DNA of 64,000 nt from the human T2T-CHM13v2.0 reference genome, Homo sapiens (GCF_009914755.1 NC_060926.1), one strand, 5' to 3'. Shown: positions 26,464-40,889, numbered from the stretch's first letter. Translations and numbers: made by a program. The notes: generated from the letters alone by a model not told the origin.

Positions 26464-29400
26464 GGCAGGTTGCTTGTATTAGATAACCTTCCTGTCTCGA
26501 CCTCCTCGTTGTTAAAATAATCCATAGAAAGCCCCTGGGTTGAGGTAAGCATTCAACAAAAGTTAGCTCTTATTATGGTGGTAGGAGTTAGGATATGGGA
26601 GGCATGGTGAAAGTGAAGTTTGTACACAGAAAGTAACAAGTGTAGGTGAGTATGTCAAAATATTGGAAGCTTTGTGCACAACCCTTGTTTGTGGGAGTGT
26701 AAAACGGTGTAGCTGCTGTGGAGAACAGAAAAACAAGTGGAGCTTGGATCCCAAGGGTTGCAGATGACAGGGGTGAAAGATATCCCATCCTGTCCCAGGC
26801 CAACTTCTGTGGCTCCCTGGTGCCCTGAGTGGCAGTAAAAGTCAAATGTCACATGGGGGTGGGGTCCAAAGCTTGGAGCCTGAGCAGGAGAGAAAAGTGG
26901 TTCTCAGCTTGGCATGCACACGATGGAGGTGACTCAATGTCAAGTTTCTGAGCATTTGAGGGCACCTGGTGACATAATGGAACTCATAGCCAGGTGTCCC
27001 ATCTCCAAGTCCACCTTAACTATATCCTGGGCTGTTCTCAACACACCAGCCCCTGGGCAGCCCCCAGCACTTGGGGTGTTGGCTAATGCCTCCTAGAAAT
27101 GGCTTTCTGGGAGTGACTCAGCAAACAAGGGGTTGTTGCTTCCAGAGGGCCAGCAGGGCTTTGTTAGTAGATTGCTCTGGAGCCAACACATATGCTCTAG
27201 TTTTTTCCAGGTGCCTATCAAAATTTGTGCACAAACAGTGCAGGCATGAGGTATGTGAAATAAATTCCATATCGTTTTCCTGTATGCAAAAGACCTGTAC
27301 CTTGACTTTGACAGAGACAGCAAACCCTTCTCCCCAGGGATGTGTCTGAGTTTCAGAGCATGAATTGAGCCTTTTTGAGCTCTTACAATGTTTTGTTTCA
27401 GTCAGTGGTAAAGTCTGCTGACAAGGAAATACGAATAAATTTGAAGAGTAAAATAAGGGGGAATTTTCCTGTATGGAAGACAGAAAAATCAAGGTAGTCA
27501 GTCTAGCTGCTGATACCTCCCGACATTGATGATGGAGAGGAGGAGAAAGTCGGCTCTCGAAACTTACCGATCCGTTTTCCCTTTCCCTGCATCCTTTTTC
27601 TCTTTTCTCCAACCGCTTACTTCCACGAGATGATAAGGAGGAAGGGAACAAACACAAGAGCAGAGCAAGGAATTGTCTTTTTGGGGATAAATCTCTGATT
27701 TTAATCATATTTTGAATTTCTAAAGTTACCTTTCAGTCTTGGGATCCAACTTTATAAATATCTCCCAAGTAGCAGAAAAACAATTACTTTGACCTTCAAG
27801 GTGGGCTGTTAATTTAAACACCAATAATGATAGCTTTTCTTATATTTAAGGCACAGGTTGTTACAGTGTTCAAACAAACCGGGAAGTTTTGTCTGTACAA
27901 CCCTCCTCTCTTTGACGCTGTTCTCTGGCCACCAGGATACGCTCTTTCTCTGCCTCCTCTCATCTTGAGCCGTTCTTTTCTGCCCACTGTCAGCCCGACA
28001 TGAATCCAATAAGGGGCCTCCCTCTGTGTCACCAAACAAACTCCTGATGCAGGGGAAAGATGCAGAGCTCTGACTCCAGCCAATAATAACAATGTTGTAA
28101 CATGTTCTAGATTTGCCTCTTAGGCACTCCGTTTGCTTTCCCCACCTGCCTTTAATTTTTGCCCTTACCACAAACCGACGGAGATATGCATCAGACTTAT
28201 CAGATGAGTGCGTCCAATAGAACTGAAACGTTCAGTCTGTCTAATTTAGCAAATTCTAAATAGCTACCTTCAACTAAATTCAAAGAATATTATTGTTCCC
28301 ATGTTCCTTCTTTAAAAAACAAAAACAGTTCCTTCGGTTAATTGAATCAAGATAGCCACTAAGAGAATGTCGCAACATATTTTTAAAAAATGGAAATGCA
28401 AGAAAATGGAAAGTTAACAGAATATTTTCAAGTGGCAATTTTAGTTTTCACAAAGGCTTAGGTCGGTTGTATTCTGTTGTCATTGAAATATCCCTGGTTT
28501 AAACGTAAGTGCTTTAATAACTAGTTAAGGAAAGAAAAACTTTCTTTCCCAGGCAAGCAGCAAAAGAAATCTTTCTGTTAAATTCCTTTGATTACAATAG
28601 TTCTTTGTTAACAGATTGTAACTTTGCCCAGGATGGGGAGATAAGCTCCTAAAAGCGAGACGACTTGTCCCTCCTGGGAAGAGAAGCTGTTGACCCTGAA
28701 GATGGATTGAAAGGAAAATACTTAATGCCTAGCACCTAAACTTTGTTCTTATTTGTCTTTACTGTCTCTGCCTGAGAAGTCTGACAAAATCAACATTAGT
28801 GTGGAAATAACGTAAAGCCAAAACGTTCTCCAGCAGGGGTGGATTTTACACCCAGATGGAAAACATGATTCACTCTTGTTGCTTGGAAACCCTTCCCAAA
28901 TGGGAAAATATCGTCATCATGAGGTACGTCCCTGCCACTCAAAGCAGAAGTTTGGCAATGATGGGATTCCTTTGATTAAGTGGGATATCAAGAGGAAAAA
29001 AATATCCACCTTGGAAGACCTAAATCGTCTAGCCTGATTTAATAGCGATCAAGTTAAACAAGTCACCAAATCAGCAATTACCATGGGGGAGGGTCGTTAA
29101 TGGTGTTTGGGTCTCACGTAGGAATAATTTCATCAGAAAGGACCAATTATTTTGTGATAATGTTTTAGGTCATAGTTCACATAATGAAATTCTAGGGTGC
29201 AGAATTGAGGAGGAACTTGAAAGATAATTTCATGTCCTCCCATTTTACGGTCAAAGAAACAGAGGCTTAAGCTGTTTTACCCAGTTGGTCAGGATTAGAA
29301 TCCAGAGCTACATATTTCCAGGCCAGAGGGGCTTTCTGTCTCCTGCCACTGCCTTGTTATTTTATTAGTGGAGATTTACAAATGAGTACAGATGTACCCC

Positions 29401-29984
29401 AACCCCATCTTGTGAATGCAATTCCCCCTCCTCTGGGTACCCTCCTATCTGTGTCTCCTTGCAGTTCATCGATTGTCATGGTCAAGGGAAAAGGAGCATT
29501 GCTTTAAGAAGACAGAGGTAGAAAATGAAGGATTAAGAAAGGTTTAGAGGAAGAAGAGAAGGAGCCTGGGGAAATGGCTGGGCCAGCTGGGGCGGGTTTC
29601 ACTGCACCCAAAACAGGGAGGAAGAGCCCTGCTGCCCTTCTCTTTACCCACCCTGACGCCAGCACTGCTTGCTAAGCATCTCTTCCACACTCCATCTCCA
29701 TTTCCCCCTACAGTGGATGAGTGTTTTCATTCCTGTTATGCCTGAGAAAGTTCCAAAAATACACAGAGAAAGTCTGGTTATCTGGTATTTAGAGTTGGCC
29801 CCAGAGCAGAAACTACTTTGGAAAGGAGTTTGTTTTCAGTGTCTGTTTGCCAGGACTCAGCATCTTTGGGGAGATTTGGAGTTTGAAATAAGCACTTGAA
29901 TATTTATGTTTTGTTCCAGCCCAGCTCAAGCATTTGAGTTTTTTTCATTGGCTAGGCCCAATTGATTTAATGATAATACCGCAG

Positions 29985-30185
29985 GTAAGAATCCTGGCTG
30001 GACTGCTACTTAACCATGGGCAAATTTCTTAATCACTATAGGCTCTGATGTTCTCACTGACAATAGGAATAATAATGATAATAATAATATACATCTCCTG
30101 GGGGTTAATGAGGGGTAAATAAGATAATGTTACTCAGGGGGTTACCACAGTGTGTGGCATGCAGTTAGAGGGCAGTAAGCGGTGA
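29985..30185 (+). mobile_element. MIR SINE
   Basis: gaatcctggct...gggcaaatttcttaa...ggaataataat...taaataagataatg...cagtgtgtggca. Confidence 0.65.
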
Positions 30186-31149
30186 TTGGCATTGTCATCC
30201 AGTTGTAGTCATGCACCAGGTCTTGACATACATCTGTGCTTAACACAATGTTAACCTGAATTAGGGGCTTTCATAGAGTAATCTAGAATTTTTTTTTCCA
30301 TTTGTTTGAGGATATAGCTATAAGTTTAATTTTCTCTAGCTACTTTGGAAGGATCTTGGCCGAAGCAGAGTCTGGGCATACCAGGCTGTACCTGCTGGTG
30401 ATGAACTGGCTTCAAGCTGAACACATCATCGGAGAGGCAGGGTGGTAGGCATGGGGAGGGAGGGGTCAATCATTTGGTTCACAGTGAGGACCTGTGACAG
30501 GGACCACTCGAGGTGCAAAACTACTTCTGCCCAGGGATCTTTGTTTCCAAAGTATATCACCTGGGACAGGGGCCACTCCTAGTGCAAAACTACTTCTCCC
30601 TGGGGATCTTGCATGGCAGGATTATAAAGTTCATGAGACTCTTTCATGCTGAGAATTCTCAACTCCAGTATGATGTACACAGAGAATGTAACTTCCCAAT
30701 TGTAGCATCAGGGATTTCTAGGAATCCCTGAATCCCACTTTATCATGCCTATAATAAGACTTGGAATTACACCAATTTTAAATTCATATCCTGGTGCCAC
30801 CACAGACTAGTTTTGGGACTTTGGCAAGTTACTCAATCTCCTTGAGCTTCACTGAGAATGCTTTGGTGGAAACTGATTTGTCACGTGACTTGCCCATATG
30901 AGGGTTGGATGAAGAGGTGGGAAAGGGAACACAATGAAACACTTTGGTAAATATTGATGGTGTTGGCATTGACCTTGGGTAGTAGGAGAGGGGCACAGTC
31001 AGGACAGTTGGCATAGCCAGAGTTTCTGGAATTTCTTGAGATCTCTAATTTTGCAAGAAAGCTAGAGCCAGGCAGGTGTCCTAGTAGTTTTTCAAAAAAG
31101 TGACAGGTGGATCCCAAATACAAGTTGGACTTACGTGTTTGGGTTTGAG

Positions 31150-31305
31150 AGTCATCATGACATAGGAAAAATTCCTCGACTTCTCTGATCCTTAGTTTTC
31201 TTGTGTTTAAAAGGGGATAATGACTACTTCTCTGCTCATTCTGCAGTGTGTCGGGAGACTCAAGGTCATTTGTATGAAAGTGTTTTGTAAAGTTGCTTAT
31301 GTAAG
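31150..31305 (+). mobile_element. MIR SINE fragment
   Basis: cttctctgatccttagttttcttgtgtttaaaaggggataat...tgaaagtgttttgtaa. Confidence 0.55.
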
Positions 31306-32145
31306 TGAAACAAATTCGTAATATTTTCTTACTAAAGGAGATGACAGAGTAATCCATAGCTGACTTCCTTCTATCCTTTTTAATACTCCCCTTTCATTCT
31401 CCTTATCACCACTTACTTGAGGAAGGGGGCATTGTGCTATTTAGTGCTATATAAGAAAACCAGTTGAAGTGATGAGATATTTAGAAGACTTATCACCATG
31501 CAAGAGAAAAAAGGTTCCCATCTTAATTATATTAGACAAAAGGTAAATAAATGATGAATTTGTGTTTGACATTTGCGGTCAGAAGTGGGCTTTGCTTTTT
31601 CCTAATAATGCAAAAACAAAATGACTTGAAAAAAAATTAGCTGATTTGATGGGTTATAGCACAGATTCGGGGTTAGGGAGGGGGATGGTGATGGAGGCTT
31701 GCAATTGAAAAATCAGCCAGAGAGATTAAAGTCTGGAAAATGCCTATAGAACCTATTCAATTCTGCCAAGGAAATTTCCATATCAGAACAGACCACTTGA
31801 CCATATGCATTATAGCTTTGCCTGCCCCTGGTTTGAACTTTTATTAGGTTATTCCATCTGGCTCCTGGTCACAATTAGAAAGTATTCAATGTGAGAAATC
31901 TCTGCAGTCTGAGGTTTTAGTTCACAGAGAATTTTGATAATTCCACTTATCTTTATTGGGCTGCTCGTAAAGAGATTGAAGCTCTTTAACCAAACACTGT
32001 CTCTAAACCCATATGGAAAGAAGATGATGGGTAAGCGATTAAGATGTTAAAATGGAGGAAATGCAGGATCTGTTAATGGTCAGAAGGAAGATGTCAGGTG
32101 GTGTACTGAGCTATTTGGCTGCTTGTCTGGGATACTTAATGAGTG

Positions 32146-32147
<2 letters not shown>

Positions 32148-32191
<44 letters not shown>
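32148..32191. repeat. (GT)22 microsatellite
   Basis: Pure GT run. Confidence 0.97.
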
Positions 32192-32193
<2 letters not shown>

Positions 32194-34194
32194 ATGCACA
32201 TGCATGCATCATAGCCAGTTTAGGTAAAATTGTGATTGAGGCTATTTCTCATCATTCCTTCCTCTTCATTTTTGTATTTTCACTGCTTCTCCCTCCTAGC
32301 AGGAGACTCCGATATTTGATTGCTCTTCTCCCTCTCTCCTCTAACCTTTCTCTTCAAGTCTGCCTTAGGCACTCTCCTGCATACCAAGGGTAATTGACCA
32401 TTAACAGCTCAGGGTGGTATTAGTGGGGGAAAGGGAGATCTTTGCTATTTTAAGTTTATGCTTCAAAGAGACTCTTCAGCTGCAAGGGGTGGAAATGTTG
32501 ACTAGGATTTCATGGCAGAGGTCTAGTGCTTGGAAAAGTCACTTTGCCCAACCACCGGAGGATGTTTTACCTGGAGAAGTGTTTGCGAAAGGGAAAAATG
32601 AGAGCTACCTTTAAAGACAGTAACAGATACGAGGGAGATGACTTTGGTGTTGGTGCACTGCACCGAGTGGAGGGAGCTGGGGATGTAAACTCTAAGGGGA
32701 GAGATTTCGTCTGAGCTCATGAGTGGGAAGGGTCCCCCACAAGGTGAGGCAGTGAGCTCCGAGACCCTGGCATGGCTGTGGAGGGCATTCTTGCAGTGAG
32801 TGGGGAGGCAGGGCGGGACACATTAAGGCCTCTGGAACTCTAAGTACTTCTCGGACCAGTTGTCGGGGGGAGGTCATCCTATAATGTGGAGTTGAAGTCA
32901 ACCTATATTTTTAACAGAAAATGCAGTTTTCCTTTACTCTTTTGTGTTGTGAAAGCAATATCAGGTTTTTAAGAAAGTTTCGGCTGTGCCCCTTTTCCTG
33001 CCAAACGCTATTTTTTGCTTCTTCCTCAGTGCTTTGTTCTATATTTTTCAAGTGGTGCTTGGATAGCTCAAATTTGCTAATTTAGACTTTCACAATTTCC
33101 TGGAGACCGAATAAATTCCTGCCTTGCAGTTCTCAAGTGCAAGGTCGTTCAGATGACATGAGATACAGCAGAAAAATGGCATTGTTCTCATTTTCAATAA
33201 ACATCTCCGATTAGTATTCATTTGAGATATTAAGAGTGCCGAGAGTAAACACCAGGGTTTTATCCTCTCATCTAAATGGGCATTAGCTCAAGGTATGTCC
33301 CTTCTGTTTTGTCATGATTCATAAATCACCTGCCTGTAAAAATCAAAGGCTGACAATATTTGGTTACCTGTGGCAATGATGGCCTTTCTATCAATGACAT
33401 TTGCCTTCCTGCCCTGGGTTCTTTGTAAGTACTGGAGCCTTTCTCCCTTCACCTTTGACCTGGTCTTCCTGTCCCAGCATAAACATCTCCTCTTTTTAAT
33501 TCTGACAGACGCCTATAGAAGAACAGTGAAACACTACAAGACTTGGGTTTCTTTGTGTTTGTTTGGTTCTCTCTGCAAAGTGGTCTGGCTGAATATAATC
33601 AATGTTATTCCTCTGCTTTGTTGAATGAGCTTCGAGTAATGATGTGCAGATGCCAAATGTGACATGTCTGGGGACAAGGTAGTTTAATTCTAGTCTCATT
33701 TGCAGAGATGACTTGCTATCATTAGGGGCTTTGTCTCCAAGAAGCCAGCTGACAGAAAGAGAAAGCCAGCCACTGCTCGGCAATGAGGCAAATGCATGCT
33801 ATAAAAATGCTGGAGCATTCACTTAGCTATAGACTCCAAGTAGGAGCATTTGAGAACTGAGTTAAATCATTGTGGTCTTTCTTTAGTTTTTTCTTAAATG
33901 ACAGTTATGAGTCTGTCTCTCAGTTTGTACCATTTGATGTAGGGGGTTTGGAAGGTTGTATCAGTAAAGCAGACCATATCAAAGGGTCTTGAGCCTGGGA
34001 GTTTGGGCCGAAGCTCAGCCTATAAATACCTTGTTAGCATTCTGATTATGGAGTCTGATGAGTGGAAGGTCTATGTGTTGATCCCTCGGCGACCTCCTGG
34101 CATTAAGTGCCATTAGTTAGGAATGAAGAGTCTTTCCTTGTCTTCAGATGCCGGCACTGGAAATAAATCCTGATGAAATTATTTGTATTAATCA

Positions 34195-35050
34195 TTTTTT
34201 TATTGTGATGAAATATACTTAACATAAGTTACCACTTCAACCATTAAAAATGTGCAGTTCAGTGGCATTAAGTACATACACATTGTTCTGCAACTATTGC
34301 CACCATCCATCTCTAAATCTTTTTCATCATCCCATACAGAAGCTCTATGCTTATTAAACAGTAACTCCCATTCTCTCTTCCCTGCAGCTCAAGGTAGCCA
34401 CTTATACTACTTGCTGTCTCTATGAATTTGTTCCAGGTATTTCATATATCTGGGAGATCATGGATATCCCCCTTTTACCCCCATTTAATCACTGCTTCTC
34501 TCCTTAGAGATGTCCACTGCCAGTAGTGTGGCGTCGCCTTCCAGCTTCCTTTCATGCATTTACATCCTTGTATCCCTCCTTATACACATTTCTTAAAAAA
34601 AAAATCAATGGGCACTCAGTATTCTAACTGCTCTGCAATTTGCTGTTTTTATGTAATATGTCTTGGAAATCATTTAAGTTCAAAATTCCCTCTTTTATTG
34701 TTTTCATAGTATTCCATAATACCACAATTTATTTAAATTGCTCTCAATTGATGGCCATTTGAATTGTCTCCAGCTTTGTATTATATTGTACTGTACGATA
34801 AATAGCTATAAACAACTTTTAACATCCTCCTCTGTGCACATGAGCAAGTACTTTTTAGCGCATGATTCCTGAAAGTGGATTGCTCAGCCAAAAGATGTAC
34901 ACTTAAAATTTTTCATAGATGCTGCCAAATTGTTCTTCAAAAAGGCATCACTAAGTTACACATTCCCTAAATGAATGATAGTGTTGCATTTCCTGGCATC
35001 CATTTCAGCATTTGATATTATTAGTCTTTTAAACTTCTGCCAATCTGACA
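34195..35050 (-). mobile_element. Old L1 fragments (L1MB/L1ME-like)
   Basis: tttattgtgatgaaatatac...cagttcagtggcattaagtaca; ccacaatttattt...tgccaaattgttc...ctgccaatctga. Confidence 0.75.
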
Positions 35051-35799
35051 AGAAAACCTTAAAACTTGGGATTCACATTAATCTACTACTGTAAAAGAAG
35101 AATCTAAAGAGGGAATAGGAAAGAGCAGAGGGGTGGAAAGAGAAGGGAAGGATAAAATAATTGTTCTGGAGGTATTGGTACCTTCTGGGGAATGAGAGGC
35201 AAGATTAAGGCCAGTAAGAACAGGTATTCCTGAAAGCATTTGCCAGCTCACCTCACTTCTGCTGCATTCACAAGCCATGTGGCCTCTTGCTGTGTGGTTG
35301 AGGAGTGATCCAAGGTAACTGTGTCCCCATGAGTTGTCCACAGTTGCCTCTGTCCATAGAAGAGGCCAACATGTGCTTGCTCTCACAAGAACAATGCTTT
35401 TTGCTGTCCTGAGGCTTAGCTTGAATCTGCTTTTCCTTCCTCACTGAAGGTTTCGTACACTTCCCTGTGATTAGGTGTTCATGATCTCTGTTGATGAATA
35501 ATGTTAGAAGTGGAGACTGGCGCATGCTCAGAATGGACCCCAAGTAGTCTGCAGTCCCTTTGCCCAAGACAACTCCTTTCACCATGGAAAACTGATCCTT
35601 GTTTCTGGAAACACAAATCCAGGCTGGTCTTGAATATAGTTGTCCTTGTAGTCTGCAGAAGTGAGCGAACTAGAGTCCCACAGCACAGTCCCTCCCCTGG
35701 GACCCCAGGGCCACTCTGGTCACTCCATGTGATTTGGATGGGGCTGTTCACAAAGAAGAAATGGGAGGAGATACAACAGGGCCCTTTCTCTATGTGCCT

Positions 35800-36535
35800 G
35801 TCCTGCTGATTCCACTTCCAAAATAATTCCCAATTGTGCCCACTCTTCACTCCTGCTACCACCACCCCACTCCTGGCCACCACCATCCCTCTCTTGGGTG
35901 ATTACAGTGGCTTTTGAGCCCATCTTCCTTGTCCCTAAGAGTCCTTCTCTCCAGCTAACCCAGTCTCTCCGGAGCAGTAGGAGTAATGTTAGGTTGAAAA
36001 ATCAGATCATATCCCTCTGTGCTCACAACCCTAGAGCTTTCTATTTCTTGCAGGATAAAGTTCAGAATCTTTAATATGACCTTCTAAGCCCTGATTGCAC
36101 ATGACCTTGTCTTGCCTTCACCTTCTTCTCACCCTCAGCCATTCTCTTCCCAACTCCTACTGGTTTTCTCACCATTGCTGGGATGCTCAGCTTCAGTCTC
36201 AAGGCTTTACACACAATGGTCTCTCTGCCTGGGGCTCTCTTCCCTCAACTCTTCATGTGCCCAGCTGCTCACCTTCAACTTAATTTGAAGGCCACTTCCC
36301 CAGAAAGACCTTTCCGAAGTCCCACTGGTCCAGTTCTTTTTCTTCAAAGCACTTGTAACAATGCGGCTAAATGTTTGTCTGCTGATTGTCACTGACTGTT
36401 CATAATTGTCAATAATATCCATCTCTCCTTCTACAGTGCAAGCTCAATGAAAGCAGGAAATGGGTACATGATAGTCATTGTTGCATCTTGGCTGTCACAT
36501 AGTAGGCACTCAATAGATATTTATTGGATAAATCA
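35800..36535 (+). mobile_element. L2 fragment
   Basis: gccaccaccatc...aaatcagatcat...ctctgcctgg...cacatagtaggcactcaatagatattt. Confidence 0.75.
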
Positions 36536-37409
36536 AGGAAAGCCAGGCATTTCCAATTTACAGCATTATTACTTTCATTTTAGAAAGGAGATAACTAAGG
36601 TCTAAGGAGGTTAAAACACTCATGTACATTGAGTGATCACTGCCTACCAGGCACGGTTTTCAGCACTCTGCTTAGTGTGCAGAACAGTGTCTGCTGCTTG
36701 CTTGATTCATTTCACCTTGAAGCAACCCTATGAGGTGGTTATTATCTTTATCCCCATTTTACAGAAGGGAACATCAAAATACAGAACTCCTGGTAGCAAA
36801 ATGAGGAAGATCTATTTGCATCATAGCTAGGGTTGGTCCCTGACAACTTTGTAAGAAAAGGAAAGCCAATTACACGCTGAATTTGTCTTCCTCTAAGGAC
36901 TGACAGGCAATTGGCTAACTGCTCTCAAACCAAATGAGCTAAGGAATTAATGACTTAAGTATTCTACTAGGGTCCTATGCATTTTAAAAGGATTCCTGGT
37001 GGATACTGCTTAACTAAAAGGATAGCTCTCCTTGTGGAAATACCAGGGTCTGTAGCAGGCGGGGGGGAAAGATTCACAGTGTGACCTCACCCTTCCTGAT
37101 GTCACATCAGAGAAGATCAGTCCCCAACTCTCCTAGGTGAAGACATTTGGCCTTGCTTGAGGCTATGCTTGTATCACTCTCTGCCTAGGTGAAAATAACT
37201 CTTACAGGGGAAATTGTCTGAATTGCTTCATGGAGATGGACGAATGGCTTTAGGACTTTTGCTTTCTCCTGGGCTCCAGGAAGCATTTAGGAATCACATT
37301 CCCAGTCTCAAAATAGAGACAAAAACCTACTTTAATTCATTTAATTTACTTATTTATATCTCAGATTTTCCACAAAGGGAGTCAGCTAGAACCTATTTTT
37401 AATAGCTTT

Positions 37410-37973
<564 letters not shown>

Positions 37974-38981
37974 TAAATTCTCCTAAACTCTGCCCTTATT
38001 AAATTTATTAGGTTTTGCAAGGCTTTTAGAAGCATTGGTGTGTATTTGATATATGTGTTTTGTTTTTGCTTCCTCCTAATTCATTTCATATTATAATATT
38101 ATGAAAAAAATGTGACTCATCTAATAGTCACATTAATCCTGGAGAATGCTTTTTAAAATTAGTATGTATCTTTCAATTATTTTTATATTTAAAAATCTTT
38201 ACTTGTATTATATTTTCTCTCTTTAGCTACCCATAAAACCATAAAGATTTTATTTTATTGACAGTCATTTTCCTGGGACTGCAATTAGGACACATCTCTG
38301 AAAACATGATAATTGCCTTTGAAACTTTTAATGATGTGGAATAATTTTTATTTCTAACATTAGGGTTTTCAAATAGTATATGTAATAAAACAGCAAAGCT
38401 AAATAAGTATTACATAATTAAAAAAGGGCTCAGCATTTTGATATTTTGTTTATACCTAGTCAAAAATAGATTGAAGATTGAATATAAAGGGAAAAGGAAA
38501 TATTGTACAATAAGATAATAATCTGCAGAGGGGTTGCATTGATACCTACCTGTCTTATTTATCCTTGTGTTCTCTGGTCCTAGCACACAGTAGGTGCTGA
38601 ATAAATGTTGATTGCCTGAATAAGTGACTAGGTAGGAAAATTTTTATATCTTCATGTTGACCTGCATGGTTACAATACATCTTAAGCCCTTTGTTAAACT
38701 TTTCATTTGTTCCACAAACTATTATCAAGGGCCCATATGCCAAGTACTGAACCTGGGGATAAATTGATGAGCAAAACCAGGTATAATTCTTCTTTGCTCT
38801 CTTGGAGATTTCATTCTTATGAGGGCAAGCCATCACCTGGATAAGAATAAAATCACAACTGTTAAGTCACTGGTGCAATTTAAGAAAGGGACAAACTAGA
38901 GTGGTGGAGGGTAGAGGGTAAGTGTTAATGGCATGTGAGGGTTCTGGAGAGGTGGTCCGAGTACAGGCCCAACAAAGCCAT

Positions 38982-39149
38982 TGTATGGACTGAATTATGT
39001 GCCCCTCAAATTCATATCTTGAAGCCCTCTCAATGTGGCTGTATATGAAGACAGGGTCTTTATGGAGATAACTAAGATTAGATGAGGTCATCAGGTCATT
39101 AATTCAACAGGACTGGTGTCCTTATAAGAAGAGAGAGAGACATCTGGAT

Positions 39150-39192
<43 letters not shown>

Positions 39193-39375
39193 AATTTATG
39201 TGAGGACACAGAAGTTGGTCATCTGCCAGCCAAGAAAAGAACCCTCACCAGACACCAACCCTGCTGCCCCTTTATCTTGGACTTCCAGCCTCCAGAACTG
39301 TGAGAAAAGAAATTTATGTGGTTTAAGCCATCCAGTGTGTGGTGTTTGTTATGGCACAAGGGGCAGACAAATATA
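38982..39375 (+). mobile_element. MLT1A/B LTR containing (CA)n
   Basis: tgtatggactgaatt...aaattcatat...cttggacttccagcctccagaactgtgag; TSD gccat/gccac. Confidence 0.88.
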
Positions 39376-39441
39376 GCCACATAGGCATCTTAAGGAATCT
39401 GGTTGCTACTCCAAGAGTAATTGGAAAATTCTGGAAGGTTT

Positions 39442-39654
39442 ATATATATATATATATATATTTATTTATTTATTATACTTTAAGTTCTAGGGTACATGTG
39501 CACAATGTGCAGGTTTGTTACATATGTATACATGTGCCACGTTGGTGTGCTGCACCCATTAACTCATCATTTACATTAGGTATATCTCCTAATGCTGTCC
39601 CTCCCCCCTCCCCCCACCCCACAACAGGCCCGGGTGTGTGATGTTCCCCTTCCT
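39442..39654 (-). mobile_element. L1PA (about PA4-6) 3' UTR end
   Basis: tattatactttaagttctagggtacatgtgcac...ccccacaacaggcc...gatgttccccttcct. Confidence 0.95.
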
Positions 39655-39909
39655 CTTGCTCAGGCTGGAGTGCAGTGGCGCGGTCTCAGATCTCAGCTCA
39701 CTGCAAGCTCCGCCTCCCGGGTTCACGCCATTCTCCTGCCTCAGCCTCCAGAGTAGCTGGGACTATAGGCGCCCGCTACCACGCCTGGCTATTTTTTTTG
39801 TATATTTTAGTAGAGAGGGGGTTTCACCCTCTTAGCAAGGATAGTCTCGATCTCCTGACCTCGTGATCTGCCCGCCTCGGCCTCCCAAAGTGCTGGGATT
39901 ACAGGCGTG
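39655..39909 (-). mobile_element. AluY lacking its own tail, fused to L1
   Basis: ctgcaagctccgcctcccgggttcacgccattctc (AluY diagnostics); no poly(A) of its own. Confidence 0.93.
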
Positions 39910-40459
39910 TGTCTGGATGGTTTTTAAACAGAGGTAGCGTGATCAGTTTTGTATTTTGGAAAGATTACTCTGGCAAGAGTATGAAAAAGCAATTGGGAGG
40001 AAATCAGAGAAAATGTGGGTCCTTATGGGGTGAAAAAAAATCTCAGAAAAACCAATTTGGAGTCTATTTCTCTTTCCATTATGCTGTTCAGAGTTGGGTC
40101 TCAAACATCTCTTCCAGGGTGGATTCCGGGACAAATGATCAAAAATGAGCGTAAAGCCCCATGGTGTGGTCACCAATAATGGCTCCTGTAGTTTATGGAA
40201 ATCTCTTCCTTGGCTTCTCTCATATCAGACCAGGCAGAAAACATCTCACAGGAAGACAGGGGATGTTGGTGAAAATGTGCCTCATCTGCAGTGCTCCTGG
40301 TAGGCCTGGCTCCTTTCTCTCTGCCTCTGAGGTTATTTTTGGTTGAATTCACAGACCAGTAAGAGAAGGGGAGAAAAGTAAATGGACTTCAAAGCAGAAT
40401 TGCTGCAAGATACCTTCCTTGTCCAGCCGTCCCACCTTCTTTCCAGCTATCTCAGTGTT

Positions 40460-40841
40460 TGTGATGGTTAATACTGAGTATCATCTTGATTGGATTGAAG
40501 GATACAAAGTATTAATCCTGGGTATGTCTGTGTGGGTGTTGCCTAAAGAGATTAAAATTGGAGTCAGTGGGCTGGGGAAAGTAGATCCACCCTTGATCTG
40601 GTGGGCACAATCTAATCTGCATCCAGCGAATATAAAGCAGGCAGAAAAACATGAAAAGGAAAGATGGGCATAGCCTCCCAGCCAACGTCTTTCTCCCGAG
40701 CTGGATGCTTCCTGCCCTCAACCCTGGACTCCAAGTTCTTCAGTTTTGGGACCCAGCCTGGCTCTCCTGGCCCCTCAGCTTGCAGACAGCCTATTGTGGG
40801 ACCTTGTGATCATGTAAGTTCATACTTAATAAACTCCCCTT

Positions 40842-40889
<48 letters not shown>

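Larger units (their letters stand above)
38700..39990 (-). mobile_element. L2 host element interrupted by MLT1 and by the Alu-L1 chimera
   Basis: L2-like text resumes across the inserts: ...ggaaaattctggaagg|tttttaaacagagg...gaaagattactctggc. Confidence 0.65.

Noticed and set aside
27118-27708. Longest ORF (196 aa, minus strand)
   Set aside because: Rich in Ser, Leu and Cys with no recognisable motif; plausible as a chance ORF in 64 kb across six frames.
30491-30611. CRISPR-like repeat-spacer reading of the direct repeat
   Set aside because: Only two diverged units, a eukaryotic context and no cas genes.
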